Below the pieces are notes generated by a model. It made no database searches. It was not told the DNA's origin and saw only the letters and a list, made by a program, of their open reading frames with translations. Made by a program: the position numbers and the translations under genes. Below, piece after piece: positions 21,127 through 31,405 of a stretch of 45,040 nt of DNA (its first letter is position 1; each line of letters starts with the position of its first letter). The stretch lies in sequence record SRR20825019_1269, one strand, 5' to 3'.

Positions 21127-23001
21127 ATGGACTACCACTCCGAGTTCAGGCAATCAATCGACCAGCCTGACGCCTTCTGGCGCGAGAAAGCGTCTGCCAT
21201 TGACTGGATGGAGCCCCCGAAAACCATCTGGCAGCCCACCGATAACGGACATGGGGAGTGGTTTCCCGATGGCGTCCTTAACACCTCCGACGTAGCACTG
21301 GATGCCAACATCCGGGCCGGGCGCGGCGAACAGAAAGCCCTTATTTACGATTCTCCGGTCACCGGCACCACCCGCTCATACACCTACAATGAGCTCACCC
21401 GCGCGGTGGCAATCTTCGCCGGTGCCCTCCAGGACAGAGGCATCACCAAGGGCGACCGGGTGATTCTCTACATGCCCATGATTCCGGAAGCCGTCATTGC
21501 CATGCTGGGATGCGCCCGGATTGGCGCCATTCATTCCGTGGTCTTTGGTGGATTCGCATCCAATGAACTGGCGGTGCGCATCGATGATGCCAAGCCCAAG
21601 GCCGTCATCACAGCCTCCTGCGGCATCGAGGTCAGCAAGGTCATCGAATACAAGCCCTTGGTAGACAAAGCCATCGATCAGGCGGACCACAAGCCCGAGT
21701 GTTGCATTGTGTTTCAGCGCCCGCAGGCTCAGGCCACGCTTCAGGAAGGTCGCGATTTCGACTGGGGCGAAATCGTTAGCCGGGCCCGGGCGGTAGACCC
21801 GGTGCCTGTCAGGGCCACCGACCCGCTTTATATCCTCTACACGTCCGGAACCACCGGTAAACCCAAGGGCGTTGTGCGCGACAACGGCGGCCATGCCGTC
21901 GCTCTTCGCTACAGCATGCACCTGGTTTACGACGCCAGCCCGGGAGATGTCTACTGGGCCGCATCGGACGTTGGCTGGGTGGTCGGGCACAGCTATATCG
22001 TCTATGCCCCCTTGTTTGCAGGCTGCACCACCATTCTTTACGAGGGCAAGCCGGTCAAAACTCCAGATGCCGGCGCCTTCTGGCGCGTGGTCCAGGACCA
22101 CGGCGTGAATCTGTTGTTCACGGCACCGACCGCCTTCCGGGCGGTCCGCAAGGAAGACCCTGAGGCTGATCAGCTGTCCCGCTACGACATCAGTTCCCTG
22201 AAGCGCCTCTTCCTGGCCGGCGAACGACTGGACCCACCCACCTACGAATGGCTGAAGGAACATACCCGCCTGCCAATACTGGACCATTGGTGGCAAACCG
22301 AAACCGGCTGGGCAATCTGCTGCAACCCGGTGGGCATCGAGATGATGACGACGAAACCCGGCTCCGCCACGCTTCCGTCCCCCGGATTCAACGTTCAGGT
22401 GGTGGACATGGAGGGCCATCAGGTGCCCGCCGGCGAACAGGGCCAGATTGCCGTTAAGCTGCCATTGCCTCCGGGCTGCATGTCCACGGTCTGGGGTGAC
22501 GACGCCCGATTCCGTAACACTTATCTTGCCCCCATCGAAGGTTTCTACAGTTCCGGTGATGGAGGATTTGTTGATGAAGACGGCTATGTGTTCGTGATGG
22601 GGAGAACGGACGACGTTATCAACGTCGCGGGCCACCGGTTGTCCACCGGAGAGATGGAGGAAGTGGTGGCGGCCCACCCGGCCATCGCGGAATGCTGCGT
22701 GGTCGGTGCTCACGACGACATGAGAGGCCAGGTGCCCGTGGGGCTCGTACTGATCAAGGACGGCGCAACCATCGACCACGACGAACTTGAAGAAGAGCTG
22801 GTTGAGATGGTGCGCGAAAAAATCGGCGCTATTGCCTGCTTCCGCAAGGCGTTGGTCGTGGAACGACTCCCCAAAACCCGGTCCGGCAAGATCCTGCGCC
22901 GGGTAATCCGACAAATCGCCGATGGTGAGGACTACGCAGTGCCAAGCACGATTGACGACCCCGCCATACTGGAAGAAATCAGCGAGCAGTTCAAAAGCTG
23001 A
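21127..23001 (+). CDS. prpE: Propionate--CoA ligase / acyl-CoA synthetase
   Basis: YTSGTTGKPKG, WWQTETG, GRTDDVINVAGHRLS, LPKTRSGKILR; PrpE/ACSS3-type RDNGGHAVAL. Substrate is inferred. Confidence 0.82.
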   Translation: MDYHSEFRQSIDQPDAFWREKASAIDWMEPPKTIWQPTDNGHGEWFPDGVLNTSDVALDANIRAGRGEQKALIYDSPVTGTTRSYTYNELTRAVAIFAGALQDRGITKGDRVILYMPMIPEAVIAMLGCARIGAIHSVVFGGFASNELAVRIDDAKPKAVITASCGIEVSKVIEYKPLVDKAIDQADHKPECCIVFQRPQAQATLQEGRDFDWGEIVSRARAVDPVPVRATDPLYILYTSGTTGKPKGVVRDNGGHAVALRYSMHLVYDASPGDVYWAASDVGWVVGHSYIVYAPLFAGCTTILYEGKPVKTPDAGAFWRVVQDHGVNLLFTAPTAFRAVRKEDPEADQLSRYDISSLKRLFLAGERLDPPTYEWLKEHTRLPILDHWWQTETGWAICCNPVGIEMMTTKPGSATLPSPGFNVQVVDMEGHQVPAGEQGQIAVKLPLPPGCMSTVWGDDARFRNTYLAPIEGFYSSGDGGFVDEDGYVFVMGRTDDVINVAGHRLSTGEMEEVVAAHPAIAECCVVGAHDDMRGQVPVGLVLIKDGATIDHDELEEELVEMVREKIGAIACFRKALVVERLPKTRSGKILRRVIRQIADGEDYAVPSTIDDPAILEEISEQFKS

Positions 23002-23013
23002 CCACGAGACGCT

Positions 23014-23067
23014 GTCACCAATCGGAACCTGCGCCACAACGGTGCATCCGTTTGGTGACGATTTTAT
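23014..23067 (+). terminator. Long imperfect hairpin after prpE
   Basis: GTCACCAA/TTGGTGAC outer stem, CGGA/TCCG and TGCGCC/GGTGCA inner stems, followed by GATTTTAT. Confidence 0.45.
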
Positions 23068-23089
23068 GACAACTTGTTGTTTTTGCGGA

Positions 23090-23150
23090 TTAAAAAACTT
23101 AAATAAAGTGCTAAAAAAAGCGTTGACGCCCTCCCATCTCGGTCTATACT
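23090..23150 (+). promoter_or_regulatory. sigma70 promoter with AT-rich UP element for the csp gene
   Basis: TTGACG (23123-23128), 16 bp, TATACT (23145-23150); A-tracts upstream. Confidence 0.7.
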
Positions 23151-23320
23151 GAAATTGCTGTGAAAATACAGCGGTATTTGGTGAATGCGTTTCAACGTCC
23201 TGCCGCAGTGCTCTTCGTTGCCCCTTTCCTCAGTACTTCCTGAATTTTTACAGCGCCGGTATTCCGACTGGATACCGATGGTCCCGTGAGGGCAAAATTT
23301 CAGAAATACAGGAAAGATCA

Positions 23321-23530
23321 ATGTCAGATACAAAAACAGGCCACGTAAAGTGGTTTAACGAGTCCAAGGGCTTCGGCTTTATCGCCCAGGACGGTGGCAG
23401 TGACGTTTTCGTTCACTATAGTGCAATCAACGCGAGCGGTTTCCGCACCCTGACCGAAGGTCAACAGGTGCAGTTTACCGTGACTCAGGGTCCGAAAGGT
23501 CCCCAGGCGGAAAACGTAACCCCAGTCTGA
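23321..23530 (+). CDS. Cold-shock protein, CspA family
   Basis: [17 protein letters not shown] (RNP1) and DVFVHYSAI (RNP2); 69 aa. Confidence 0.97.
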   Translation: MSDTKTGHVKWFNESKGFGFIAQDGGSDVFVHYSAINASGFRTLTEGQQVQFTVTQGPKGPQAENVTPV

Positions 23531-23575
23531 GGTTACGCGACCCCGCCCTATGCCCCTCACGGGCACAGGGAATCC

Positions 23576-23608
23576 GAAAAAGCCGGCATTCGCCGGCTTT
23601 TTCTTTTT
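23576..23608. terminator. Bidirectional intrinsic terminator between csp and leuA
   Basis: GAAAAAGCCGGC-attc-GCCGGCTTTTTCTTTTT. Confidence 0.88.
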
Positions 23609-25308
23609 CAGGCATCCGCTTCCGCCGACGCCTTATTGGTGACCCCATCCCGACGACCAGCTTCGACCACCTGGGAAACCGCTGAAAACAGCGCCTGCAA
23701 GGTAGCCGACGTGGTATCCTCGGCCAGAGCGGCCGCACTGCAGTGATGCCCATCCACCGTCACACGGATACAGGCCAGTGCATTGGCGTTGGTGCCCTCA
23801 CCCAATGCGAATTCATCGTAGGCTTCTACCGCCAGGGTTACACCGTATTCCGCCTCCAACGCCGCTGACACTGCCTCGACCGCTCCGAGGCCATGACCTT
23901 TGAGTATGATCGGGTCGCTTTCAGCGCCAATACTCACAACGGCATTCACGCCTTCATCATCCCGGTGAAGGTCATAGGATCTCAACTCCCAGGCTTTGGC
24001 CACCTTCAGGTAACGATCTTCGAACAACCGATGAATCGTCAGTGAGTCAATCTCTCCGCCGTTGGTTTCGGCCTCTCGCTGCACCAGCTTACTGAACTCG
24101 ATCTGCAACCACCGTGGCAGGCTGATGTTGTAATCACGCTCCAGGACATAAGCCACACCACCTTTGCCAGACTGGCTGTTGATGCGAACCACTTCCTCAT
24201 AACGGCGACCGAGGTCGTGAGGATCGATGGGCAGATACGCCACATGCCAGCTTTCGCCTTCGGTGCGGCGGGCCAGGCATTTACGGATGGCATCCTGGTG
24301 GCTGCCCGAGAAGGCGGTAAACACAAGCTCACCGGCATAGGGGTGGCGGGGATGGGTGGAAATCTCGGTACAGGCTTCAACCACATCGGTAATCTCGGCC
24401 ATTCCAGACAGGTCCAGCGTCGGATCCACGCCCTGGGAGTATAGATTCATCGCCATGGTGACCAGGTCCATGTTGCCGGTGCGCTCACCATTGCCCATCA
24501 GCGTGCCTTCCACCCGGTCAGCGCCGGCCATCACCGCCAGCTCCGCCGCCGCTACGGCACAGCCACGGTCGTTGTGGGTGTGGACGCTGATACTGATGTG
24601 CTCGCGATACCGAACGTGATCGCAGATCCACTCGATCTGATCGGCAAATACATTGGGGGTCGCCATTTCCACGGTGGCTGGCAGGTTGATCACCACCGGC
24701 TGACCCTGATCCGGGCGCCAGACGTCGTTTACCGCATCGATCACGTCCGCGGCATAATCCAGTTCCGTTCCGGTAAAGCTCTCCGGCGAATACTGGAAGG
24801 TCCATTCGGTGTCCGGGTACTTGGCGGCGTTAGCCTTGACGATGCGGGCACCATTGACCGCAATATCTTTCACGCCTTCGCGGTCCATGCCGAAGACCTG
24901 TTCCCGTTGAACCGTCGACGTCGAGTTGTACACATGTACGATGGCCTTACGAGCCCCCTTGAGGGCATCGTAGGTGCGCTCAATCAGTTCCGGCCGTGCC
25001 TGGGTCAGCACCTGAATGTGCACGTCATCGGGAATGCGATCTTCTTCAATGAGCTTGCGACAAAAATCAAAATCCGGCTGGCTCGCTGCTGGAAAGCCAA
25101 TCTCGATTTCCTTGAACCCCAGCTTTACCAGCAAATCAAACATCCGCTGCTTCTGCGCTACCGACATCGGCTTTACCAGTGCCTGGTTGCCATCCCGCAG
25201 ATCCACCGCACAAAAACGGGGAGCGGTGGTGATGACTTTGTCCGGCCAGCGACGATCGGTTTTCGCCACCGGCGTAAACGCAACGTATTTACGATGATCA
25301 AATGCCAT
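23608..25308 (-). CDS. leuA: 2-isopropylmalate synthase (yeast/actinobacterial-type LeuA)
   Basis: DLRDGNQAL, YSPESFTGTE, NLPATVE, HTHNDRG, GNGERTGN, AFSGSHQDAI, RINSQSGKGG. Confidence 0.95.
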   Translation of the reverse strand: MAFDHRKYVAFTPVAKTDRRWPDKVITTAPRFCAVDLRDGNQALVKPMSVAQKQRMFDLLVKLGFKEIEIGFPAASQPDFDFCRKLIEEDRIPDDVHIQVLTQARPELIERTYDALKGARKAIVHVYNSTSTVQREQVFGMDREGVKDIAVNGARIVKANAAKYPDTEWTFQYSPESFTGTELDYAADVIDAVNDVWRPDQGQPVVINLPATVEMATPNVFADQIEWICDHVRYREHISISVHTHNDRGCAVAAAELAVMAGADRVEGTLMGNGERTGNMDLVTMAMNLYSQGVDPTLDLSGMAEITDVVEACTEISTHPRHPYAGELVFTAFSGSHQDAIRKCLARRTEGESWHVAYLPIDPHDLGRRYEEVVRINSQSGKGGVAYVLERDYNISLPRWLQIEFSKLVQREAETNGGEIDSLTIHRLFEDRYLKVAKAWELRSYDLHRDDEGVNAVVSIGAESDPIILKGHGLGAVEAVSAALEAEYGVTLAVEAYDEFALGEGTNANALACIRVTVDGHHCSAAALAEDTTSATLQALFSAVSQVVEAGRRDGVTNKASAEADA

Positions 25309-25454
25309 TGGGGTGATTCCTTGCTGTTCTCACGGGGAATTCATTGATTGTGTATCAGGATAACGCGTCACACGGGGAAAATGATTGCTTTTTATCCCTC
25401 AAGAAACCCAGAATAGACACAATATTCCAGGATAATCACTGAAGGTGCAATTTT

Positions 25455-25952
25455 ATGTCAACTTCCGACAAGTCGCTTGTTAAAATCGACAAGATTGACC
25501 GAAATATCCTCGAGCAGTTGCAACAGAATGGCTCGCTGACAAACCAGGAGCTGGCAGACAAAGTCGGTCTGTCACCCTCCCCTTGCCTGCGACGGGTCCG
25601 CGCACTGGAGGACGCCGGCATCATAGTTCGGCAGGTAACCATCCTTGATCACAAAAAGCTGGGACTGTCCCTTACGGCGATCATACTCATCGGCATGGAT
25701 CGGCACACCCCCGAACGCTTTGCCACGTTCGAGCGGCAGGTGGGTGAATACCCCGAAGTTCAGGAATGCTACCTGATTACCGGCCAGGACGCCGATTACA
25801 TGCTCAAGGTGGTGGTGCCAGACATGGATCACTATCACCACTTTCTGCTAAATCGCATCACCCGCATCCAGGGCGTCAGTGGTGTGCACTCCAGCTTTGT
25901 GCTGAGGCGGGTTATTGACAGTACAGCCCTGCCTCTGGGGTATCTGTCCTGA
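25455..25952 (+). CDS. Lrp/AsnC-family regulator
   Basis: DKIDRNIL...LADKVGLSPSPCLRRVRALE HTH; RAM domain (ECYLITGQDADYMLKV). Confidence 0.95.
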   Translation: MSTSDKSLVKIDKIDRNILEQLQQNGSLTNQELADKVGLSPSPCLRRVRALEDAGIIVRQVTILDHKKLGLSLTAIILIGMDRHTPERFATFERQVGEYPEVQECYLITGQDADYMLKVVVPDMDHYHHFLLNRITRIQGVSGVHSSFVLRRVIDSTALPLGYLS

Positions 25953-25956
25953 CTCG

Positions 25957-26571
25957 CTAGCGGATGAGCTCGGCGAGATAGGCCCGGGCCATGCATTTGA
26001 GCTCACTCACCATCGAACGGGCCTGATCGTCCGGCAGGGTCGCCGCAAGCCTGAGAACGGTTCCGGCCGAGCGGGGCAACATCAGGCTCGCCGTCCACCG
26101 ACGGTCTTCCGGAATGCGGGGGCAGACGTCCCGCAAGCGGTTATCCAGGTCGCGGGCATGGCTGTAGAGCTCACGGATATCCAGTTCCCGCAATTCGGGC
26201 ATCGATTCCACCCCGCTCCAGATCACGGAATAGGCAGGTTCGGTCCGATAAAACTCATAGAACAGGTCAATCAGAACGTCTACGGCATCCACCAGCTCCA
26301 GAGTCTGGAGCCGCTCCCGCAACGCCGTCTCCATCCGCTCAACATGCCCTTCAGCAATGGCCTTTACGATGGCAGCCTTGTTGGGAAAGTAACGGTAGAG
26401 GGAGGCGAGCGACATGCCGGACTGACGGGCAATGGCAGACATACTGGTGGCGTCGACACCCACCTCGTGGAAAATCGCTGCCGCATGGCTGAGAATGCTA
26501 CTCACGCGCTCGCGGCTTCTGGCCTGAACAGGCTGACGGCGAGGCGTGATATCTACGGTTTCTTCGGTCAT
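25957..26571 (-). CDS. TetR/AcrR-family regulator
   Basis: PVQARSRER...TSMSAIARQSGMSLASLYRYFPNK; ATG 26571 with AGGAG SD. Confidence 0.92.
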   Translation of the reverse strand: MTEETVDITPRRQPVQARSRERVSSILSHAAAIFHEVGVDATSMSAIARQSGMSLASLYRYFPNKAAIVKAIAEGHVERMETALRERLQTLELVDAVDVLIDLFYEFYRTEPAYSVIWSGVESMPELRELDIRELYSHARDLDNRLRDVCPRIPEDRRWTASLMLPRSAGTVLRLAATLPDDQARSMVSELKCMARAYLAELIR

Positions 26572-26581
26572 ATCTCCTGCT

Positions 26582-27010
26582 TCAGTCGCGGTTATACGGT
26601 AAAGCATAGCTGCCCGTTACATGGGCGACCAGTTTCTCTTCGTTTCCCCGCCCGGATAGCAACCGCACTTCGCAAAAAGCAAGTCGGCGCCCCATCCGCA
26701 GAACCCTCGCCTCCCCTATCAGGTCGTCCGGTGCCGGCTTATGCAGGAAATTGATCGACAGGTTGCTGGTCACCGCCATCTCAACCTGACCAATGGCGGC
26801 CATCACCGCCGCGTACATGGACGCATCCGCCAGGGCCATCTGCACCGGGCCAGACAGTGTGCCGCCGGGGCGAATCAGGCGTTCGGAAAACACCAGGCGG
26901 GTGCGGGCGAACCCATCTTCCCGCGCTTCGTCGACGGTAAATCCGATATCCTCGGCCATGGGCACACCGGCCCTGATAACGGCCTCGACTTCAGTTGCGG
27001 TCAGTGTCAT
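26582..27010 (-). CDS. PaaI-family hotdog thioesterase
   Basis: RPGGTLSGPVQMALAD, VTSNLSINFL, AHVTGSY. Confidence 0.88.
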   Translation of the reverse strand: MTLTATEVEAVIRAGVPMAEDIGFTVDEAREDGFARTRLVFSERLIRPGGTLSGPVQMALADASMYAAVMAAIGQVEMAVTSNLSINFLHKPAPDDLIGEARVLRMGRRLAFCEVRLLSGRGNEEKLVAHVTGSYALPYNRD

Positions 27011-27118
27011 TCGCAGCTCTCCCAATGTCCATCTGTACCTCGTGGTAATCGCTCCGTACAATAGCGAGCACGACAGGATAAATAAAGAACCCCTTCTCAA
27101 CTGCTTACGGATAACACA

Positions 27119-28852
27119 ATGCGAGCAAGCCGCTACCTGATTGCCACCCAAAAAGAAACGCCTGCCGATGCCGAGATCATCAGCCATCAAATGATGCTCC
27201 GGGCGGGAATGATCCGAAAACTGGCCTCCGGCCTCTACTCCTGGCTGCCAATGGGATTGAGGGTGCTTCGCAAGGTTGAACGCATCGTACGCGAGGAAAT
27301 GGACAAGAGTGGCGCACAGGAAGTCCTGATGCCCGCGGTACAGCCGGCGGAGCTGTGGCAGGAGTCCGGGCGCTGGGAACAGTATGGCGGTGAACTACTG
27401 CGGATGAACGACCGCCATGGTCGCGACTTCTGCTTCGGGCCCACCCACGAGGAGGTCATCACCGATCTGATCCGCAACGAGCTGAAAAGCTACAAGGAAT
27501 TGCCCGCGAACTTCTACCAGATCCAGACCAAGTTCCGCGATGAACGACGTCCCCGGTTCGGCGTGATGCGTGCGCGGGAATTCATCATGAAGGACGCTTA
27601 CTCGTTCCATGTGAATGCGGAATCATTGAACGACACCTATCAGGTCATGCATCGCACCTACTGCGCCATCTTTGATCGACTGGGCCTGGATTACCGCCCC
27701 GTCGAGGCGGATTCAGGCGCCATTGGCGGAAGCGCGTCCCACGAATTCCATGTACTGGCCTCATCCGGTGAGGACGCCATTGTGTTCAGCACCGACAGCG
27801 ACTATGCCGCCAACATTGAGAAAGCCGAAGCCGTTGCGCCTGCCGGAGACCGCTCATCGCCTTCCGAAGAAATGGCGGAGGTGGCCACACCAGAGCAACG
27901 GACCATAGAGGCCGTTGCCACATTCCTGAACGTAGACGCCAGTCGCTGCGCCAAGACCTTGCTGGTCAAGGCCGAAGAAGGCGACAACGGCCACAGTGGC
28001 CTGATTGCCCTGATTCTTCGGGGGGATCACACCCTTAATGAAATCAAGGCGGAAAACCTGCCCGATGTCGCTGAACCGCTGACCATGGCCACCGATGAGG
28101 AAATCGAACAGGTTGTCGGTTGCAAGGCCGGCTCCATCGGCCCCGTGAACCTGCCAGTGCCGGTCATTGTCGATCGCAGTGCGGCACACATGGTGGACTT
28201 TGTCTGCGGCGCCAACAAGGAAGGCCACCACCTGATCGGCGTAAACTGGGAACGCGATGTAGCCCTGAGCCGCGTGGAAGACCTGCGCGATGTGGTCGAG
28301 GGCGATCCCAGCCCGGACGGCAAGGGCACCCTGGAAATCCGGCGCGGTATTGAAGTTGGCCACATTTTCAAGCTGGGCAATAAATACAGCAAGGCCATGA
28401 ACGCCACCGTACTGGATGAAAACGGCAAGAGCGCCATCCTGGAAATGGGCTGCTACGGTATCGGTGTCTCCCGGATTGTCGCCTCGTCCATTGAGCAGAA
28501 CCATGACGACAAGGGCATCATCTGGCCCGACGCCATTGCTCCGTTTGAGGTGGCTATCGTGACACTGAACGGCCACAAATCCCCTTCGGTCATGGCTGCC
28601 GGGGAAAAGCTCTATGAGCAGCTTCGCCAGGCTGGTTTTGATGTCCTTCTGGATGACCGGAACGAACGTCCGGGCGTGAAGTTCGCGGATATGGAACTGA
28701 TCGGCATTCCTCACCGGTTCGTGGTATCCGAGCGGGGCCTGACGGCAGAAACCCTGGAATACAAGGGCCGCCGTGACGAAGACAAGCAGGATATTCCACT
28801 CGCTGAGGCACTCCCCTTCCTGATTAGCGCCTCCCCCCGCAACGGCCTTTAA
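27119..28852 (+). CDS. proS: Proline--tRNA ligase
   Basis: [20 protein letters not shown] editing domain (CGAN), [16 protein letters not shown]. Confidence 0.98.
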   Translation: MRASRYLIATQKETPADAEIISHQMMLRAGMIRKLASGLYSWLPMGLRVLRKVERIVREEMDKSGAQEVLMPAVQPAELWQESGRWEQYGGELLRMNDRHGRDFCFGPTHEEVITDLIRNELKSYKELPANFYQIQTKFRDERRPRFGVMRAREFIMKDAYSFHVNAESLNDTYQVMHRTYCAIFDRLGLDYRPVEADSGAIGGSASHEFHVLASSGEDAIVFSTDSDYAANIEKAEAVAPAGDRSSPSEEMAEVATPEQRTIEAVATFLNVDASRCAKTLLVKAEEGDNGHSGLIALILRGDHTLNEIKAENLPDVAEPLTMATDEEIEQVVGCKAGSIGPVNLPVPVIVDRSAAHMVDFVCGANKEGHHLIGVNWERDVALSRVEDLRDVVEGDPSPDGKGTLEIRRGIEVGHIFKLGNKYSKAMNATVLDENGKSAILEMGCYGIGVSRIVASSIEQNHDDKGIIWPDAIAPFEVAIVTLNGHKSPSVMAAGEKLYEQLRQAGFDVLLDDRNERPGVKFADMELIGIPHRFVVSERGLTAETLEYKGRRDEDKQDIPLAEALPFLISASPRNGL

Positions 28853-28867
28853 GGCACCGTGCAACGA

Positions 28868-28912
28868 GCGTAATCGGTTCAGGCCTGCCCTATGGGCATG
28901 AACCGATTACGC
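28868..28912. repeat. Perfect 14-bp inverted repeat with a 5-bp inner stem at the proS/murB convergent junction
   Basis: GCGTAATCGGTTCA-ggcc-TGCCC-tat-GGGCA-TGAACCGATTACGC. Confidence 0.8.
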
Positions 28913-29924
28913 CCGGTTCCATTTCCAGCGCAATACCAAAGCGGGCTTCAACATCCTCCCGGATACGGTTGGCCAATGCCAACACGTCCTGACCGCTGCC
29001 ATTCGAATGGTTCACCAACACCAGTGCCTGACGGTTATGGACGCCAACGCGGCTATTGCGATACCCCTTCCAGCCACACTGGTCGATCAGCCATGCGGCC
29101 GCCACCTTGGCATTGTCATCACCGGGGTAGCCGGCGATCTCTGGGTGTTGCTCCTTCAATGACTCCCAGGTTGCCATTGGCACAACTGGGTTCTTGAAAA
29201 AGCTGCCGGCATTGGGAAGCTGTTCCGGATCAGGCAATTTGCGTCGACGAACAGCCATCACGGCACTGGCGACATCAAGCGGAGTGAGATCGCGCAGGTC
29301 CTGCCCGTCGAAATAGTCGCAGAGGTCACGATAATCCAGTGAGAATGGTCGGCTGCGGGACAATCTCAGACGAACCTCTGTGATGACGTAGCGCCCGGGT
29401 TCGTGTTTGAACACGCTGTCACGATAGCTGAAATGGCACAGACTGTTGGTCAGCACCACTTCGTTGCCGGTCTGCCGATCCAGGGCCCGGATATCCACCA
29501 GGGTGTCCTGCAACTCCGTGCCATAAGCTCCGATGTTCTGAACCGGTGCCGCCCCGACAGTGCCAGGAATCAGCGCAAGGTTTTCAATCCCTCTGTAGCC
29601 GGAGGAAGCCGCGTACAACACACTTTCGTGCCAGTTTTCACCAGCGCCCAGTACCAGTGTCGCCTCGTCGCCACTAACCTGCTCCCAGCACCGGCGTGCG
29701 ATGGCGATGCGAATCACCAGCCCCGGATAATCCCCTGCAAATACCAGGTTGCTGCCACCTCCGAGCAGGAGCGGCTCAACCGATGCTTCCGATGCCCACG
29801 CCAGTGCTCTCCGGAGCGCCTCGACAGTGGTGACCGACACAAAATACCGCGCCCTCGCCTCGATACCAAGACTGTTCATCGTCCCCAGGGACACGTTCTC
29901 CCTGATCTCCCCGGAACGGGTCAC
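28890..29924 (-). CDS. murB: UDP-N-acetylmuramate dehydrogenase
   Basis: LGGGSNL, IPGTVGAAPVQNIGAYG, FSYRDS, NAGSFFKNP, QALVLVN, LEMEP. Confidence 0.96.
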   Translation of the reverse strand: MTRSGEIRENVSLGTMNSLGIEARARYFVSVTTVEALRRALAWASEASVEPLLLGGGSNLVFAGDYPGLVIRIAIARRCWEQVSGDEATLVLGAGENWHESVLYAASSGYRGIENLALIPGTVGAAPVQNIGAYGTELQDTLVDIRALDRQTGNEVVLTNSLCHFSYRDSVFKHEPGRYVITEVRLRLSRSRPFSLDYRDLCDYFDGQDLRDLTPLDVASAVMAVRRRKLPDPEQLPNAGSFFKNPVVPMATWESLKEQHPEIAGYPGDDNAKVAAAWLIDQCGWKGYRNSRVGVHNRQALVLVNHSNGSGQDVLALANRIREDVEARFGIALEMEPGVIGSCP

Positions 29925-30400
29925 ACCAGCCGCTCCCGGATATGCTCAAGAAGACCTTCACTGGCCTCGGTAATCAGGTCAAGTACGTGCTCGAAGCCCT
30001 GGTCGCCACCGTAGTATGGGTCCGGCACTTCCTCTTCATCAGAACGACCAAACCCCAGAAACAATGCCGGCTCGGTCCCGCCATGTTGCTGCCAGATATC
30101 CCTGACGTCCGCGAGATTCTGACGGTCCATCACCAGTACGTAATCGAACCGGTCCAGATCCGGCGCCTGGAACTGGCGGGCCCGGAGATCACTGATATCG
30201 ATTCCGCGCTTGCCGGCAGCGGCCATGGCGCGTCCGTCCGGGGCCTTGCCCACATGCCAGTCGCCGGTGCCGCAGGAATCGATGGCAATGCGACTTTCGA
30301 ACCCGGACTGCTGAACCACCTGGCGAAATACACCTTCTGCGCTGGGCGAACGGCAGATGTTGCCAAGACAGACAAACAGTACGTTTACTTCCGGCTTCAT
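29921..30400 (-). CDS. Low-molecular-weight protein tyrosine phosphatase
   Basis: P-loop CLGNICRS and DPYYGG; ATG 30400 overlaps the kdsB TGA. Confidence 0.94.
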   Translation of the reverse strand: MKPEVNVLFVCLGNICRSPSAEGVFRQVVQQSGFESRIAIDSCGTGDWHVGKAPDGRAMAAAGKRGIDISDLRARQFQAPDLDRFDYVLVMDRQNLADVRDIWQQHGGTEPALFLGFGRSDEEEVPDPYYGGDQGFEHVLDLITEASEGLLEHIRERLV

Positions 30401-31194
30401 GGGTGTCCTGCCCCCTTTTGTCTGGTAATCATGATTTGCCGCAGACGCTCTAGATCCTCGGCGGTATCCACGCCCGCGGGTGGCATCCGGCACGCTTCTT
30501 CGACGTGAATGCGGGCGCCATTGTAGAGTGCCCGCAGCTGTTCCAGGGATTCAGTGACTTCGGTCGGGGCTGGCGCCCAGGTCACGAAATTCCGCAGGAG
30601 GCTGACGCGGTAGCCGTAGATGCCAATGTGACGATAGTAATTGCTGTCTTCCGGTAGCGGCCGCGCCGCGGCGGTGTCGCCACCGTCCTGCCACGCATCC
30701 CGGGCCCAGGGAATCGGCGCCCGGCTGAAGTAGTGGGCCATGCCCCGGTTATCGAAAACCACTTTGACAACATTGGGATTGAACACACTGGTGGCGTCAG
30801 GAATCCGCTCGCAGAGGGTGGCGATGGCAGCGTCAGGGTGAGCTTCGAGGTTTGCGGCCACCTGGTCAATCAGTTCCGGTGGGATCAAGGGTTCATCACC
30901 CTGAACGTTGACAACCCGGTTGTCCGAACCAAACCCCAGTTTTCGAGCTACCTCTTCAAGACGGTCCGTACCACTGGCGTGGTTGGCGGAGGTCATCACT
31001 ACTTCCGCGCCGAAGGCGGCACAGGCGGCCTTGATGCGTTCGTCATCCGTGGCGATCACCACACGACCAGCCTGACTTTCACACGCCCGCTCATAGACGT
31101 GCTCAATCATCGGCTTGCCGGCAATGTCTGCCAATGGCTTGCCAGGCAGCCGAGTAGAGGCATAACGTGCCGGGATAACGACGGTGTAGGACAT
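30397..31194 (-). CDS. kdsB: CMP-Kdo synthetase
   Basis: [41 protein letters not shown]. Confidence 0.97.
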   Translation of the reverse strand: MSYTVVIPARYASTRLPGKPLADIAGKPMIEHVYERACESQAGRVVIATDDERIKAACAAFGAEVVMTSANHASGTDRLEEVARKLGFGSDNRVVNVQGDEPLIPPELIDQVAANLEAHPDAAIATLCERIPDATSVFNPNVVKVVFDNRGMAHYFSRAPIPWARDAWQDGGDTAAARPLPEDSNYYRHIGIYGYRVSLLRNFVTWAPAPTEVTESLEQLRALYNGARIHVEEACRMPPAGVDTAEDLERLRQIMITRQKGAGHP

Positions 31195-31206
31195 ACGGGC
31201 TTCCTG

Positions 31207-31395
31207 TCAGCGTTTGTGGAGTCGCTCGTCGGTCGTCAGAGTCCGGGCTTCGGTGGCGAGCATCACCGGTATCCCCTCGCGAATCGGAAAGGCCATCGCA
31301 TCCTGATAGCAGACAAGCTCGGTTTTGGCGTCGTTCAGCTTCAGGTCACCTTTGCATACCGGACAGGCCAGCAGGGCCATCAGTTTTTTATCCAT
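31207..31395 (-). CDS. ycaR: Trm112-like YcaR (UPF0434) protein
   Basis: LACPVCKG...[11 protein letters not shown]; between lpxK and kdsB. Confidence 0.92.
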   Translation of the reverse strand: MDKKLMALLACPVCKGDLKLNDAKTELVCYQDAMAFPIREGIPVMLATEARTLTTDERLHKR

Positions 31396-31405
31396 GGTGC
31401 GGTTC

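Noticed and set aside
21376..23037. 553-aa ORF antisense to the acyl-CoA ligase (similar long antisense ORFs at 18013-19296, 32953-34158, 27854-28864, 12279-13166 and 8766-9623)
   Set aside because: They mirror well-conserved genes and have no recognisable motifs; such shadows are expected from GC-rich codon bias.
25309..25454. Leucine leader-peptide attenuator for leuA
   Set aside because: No Leu-rich uORF and no terminator hairpin in the spacer.
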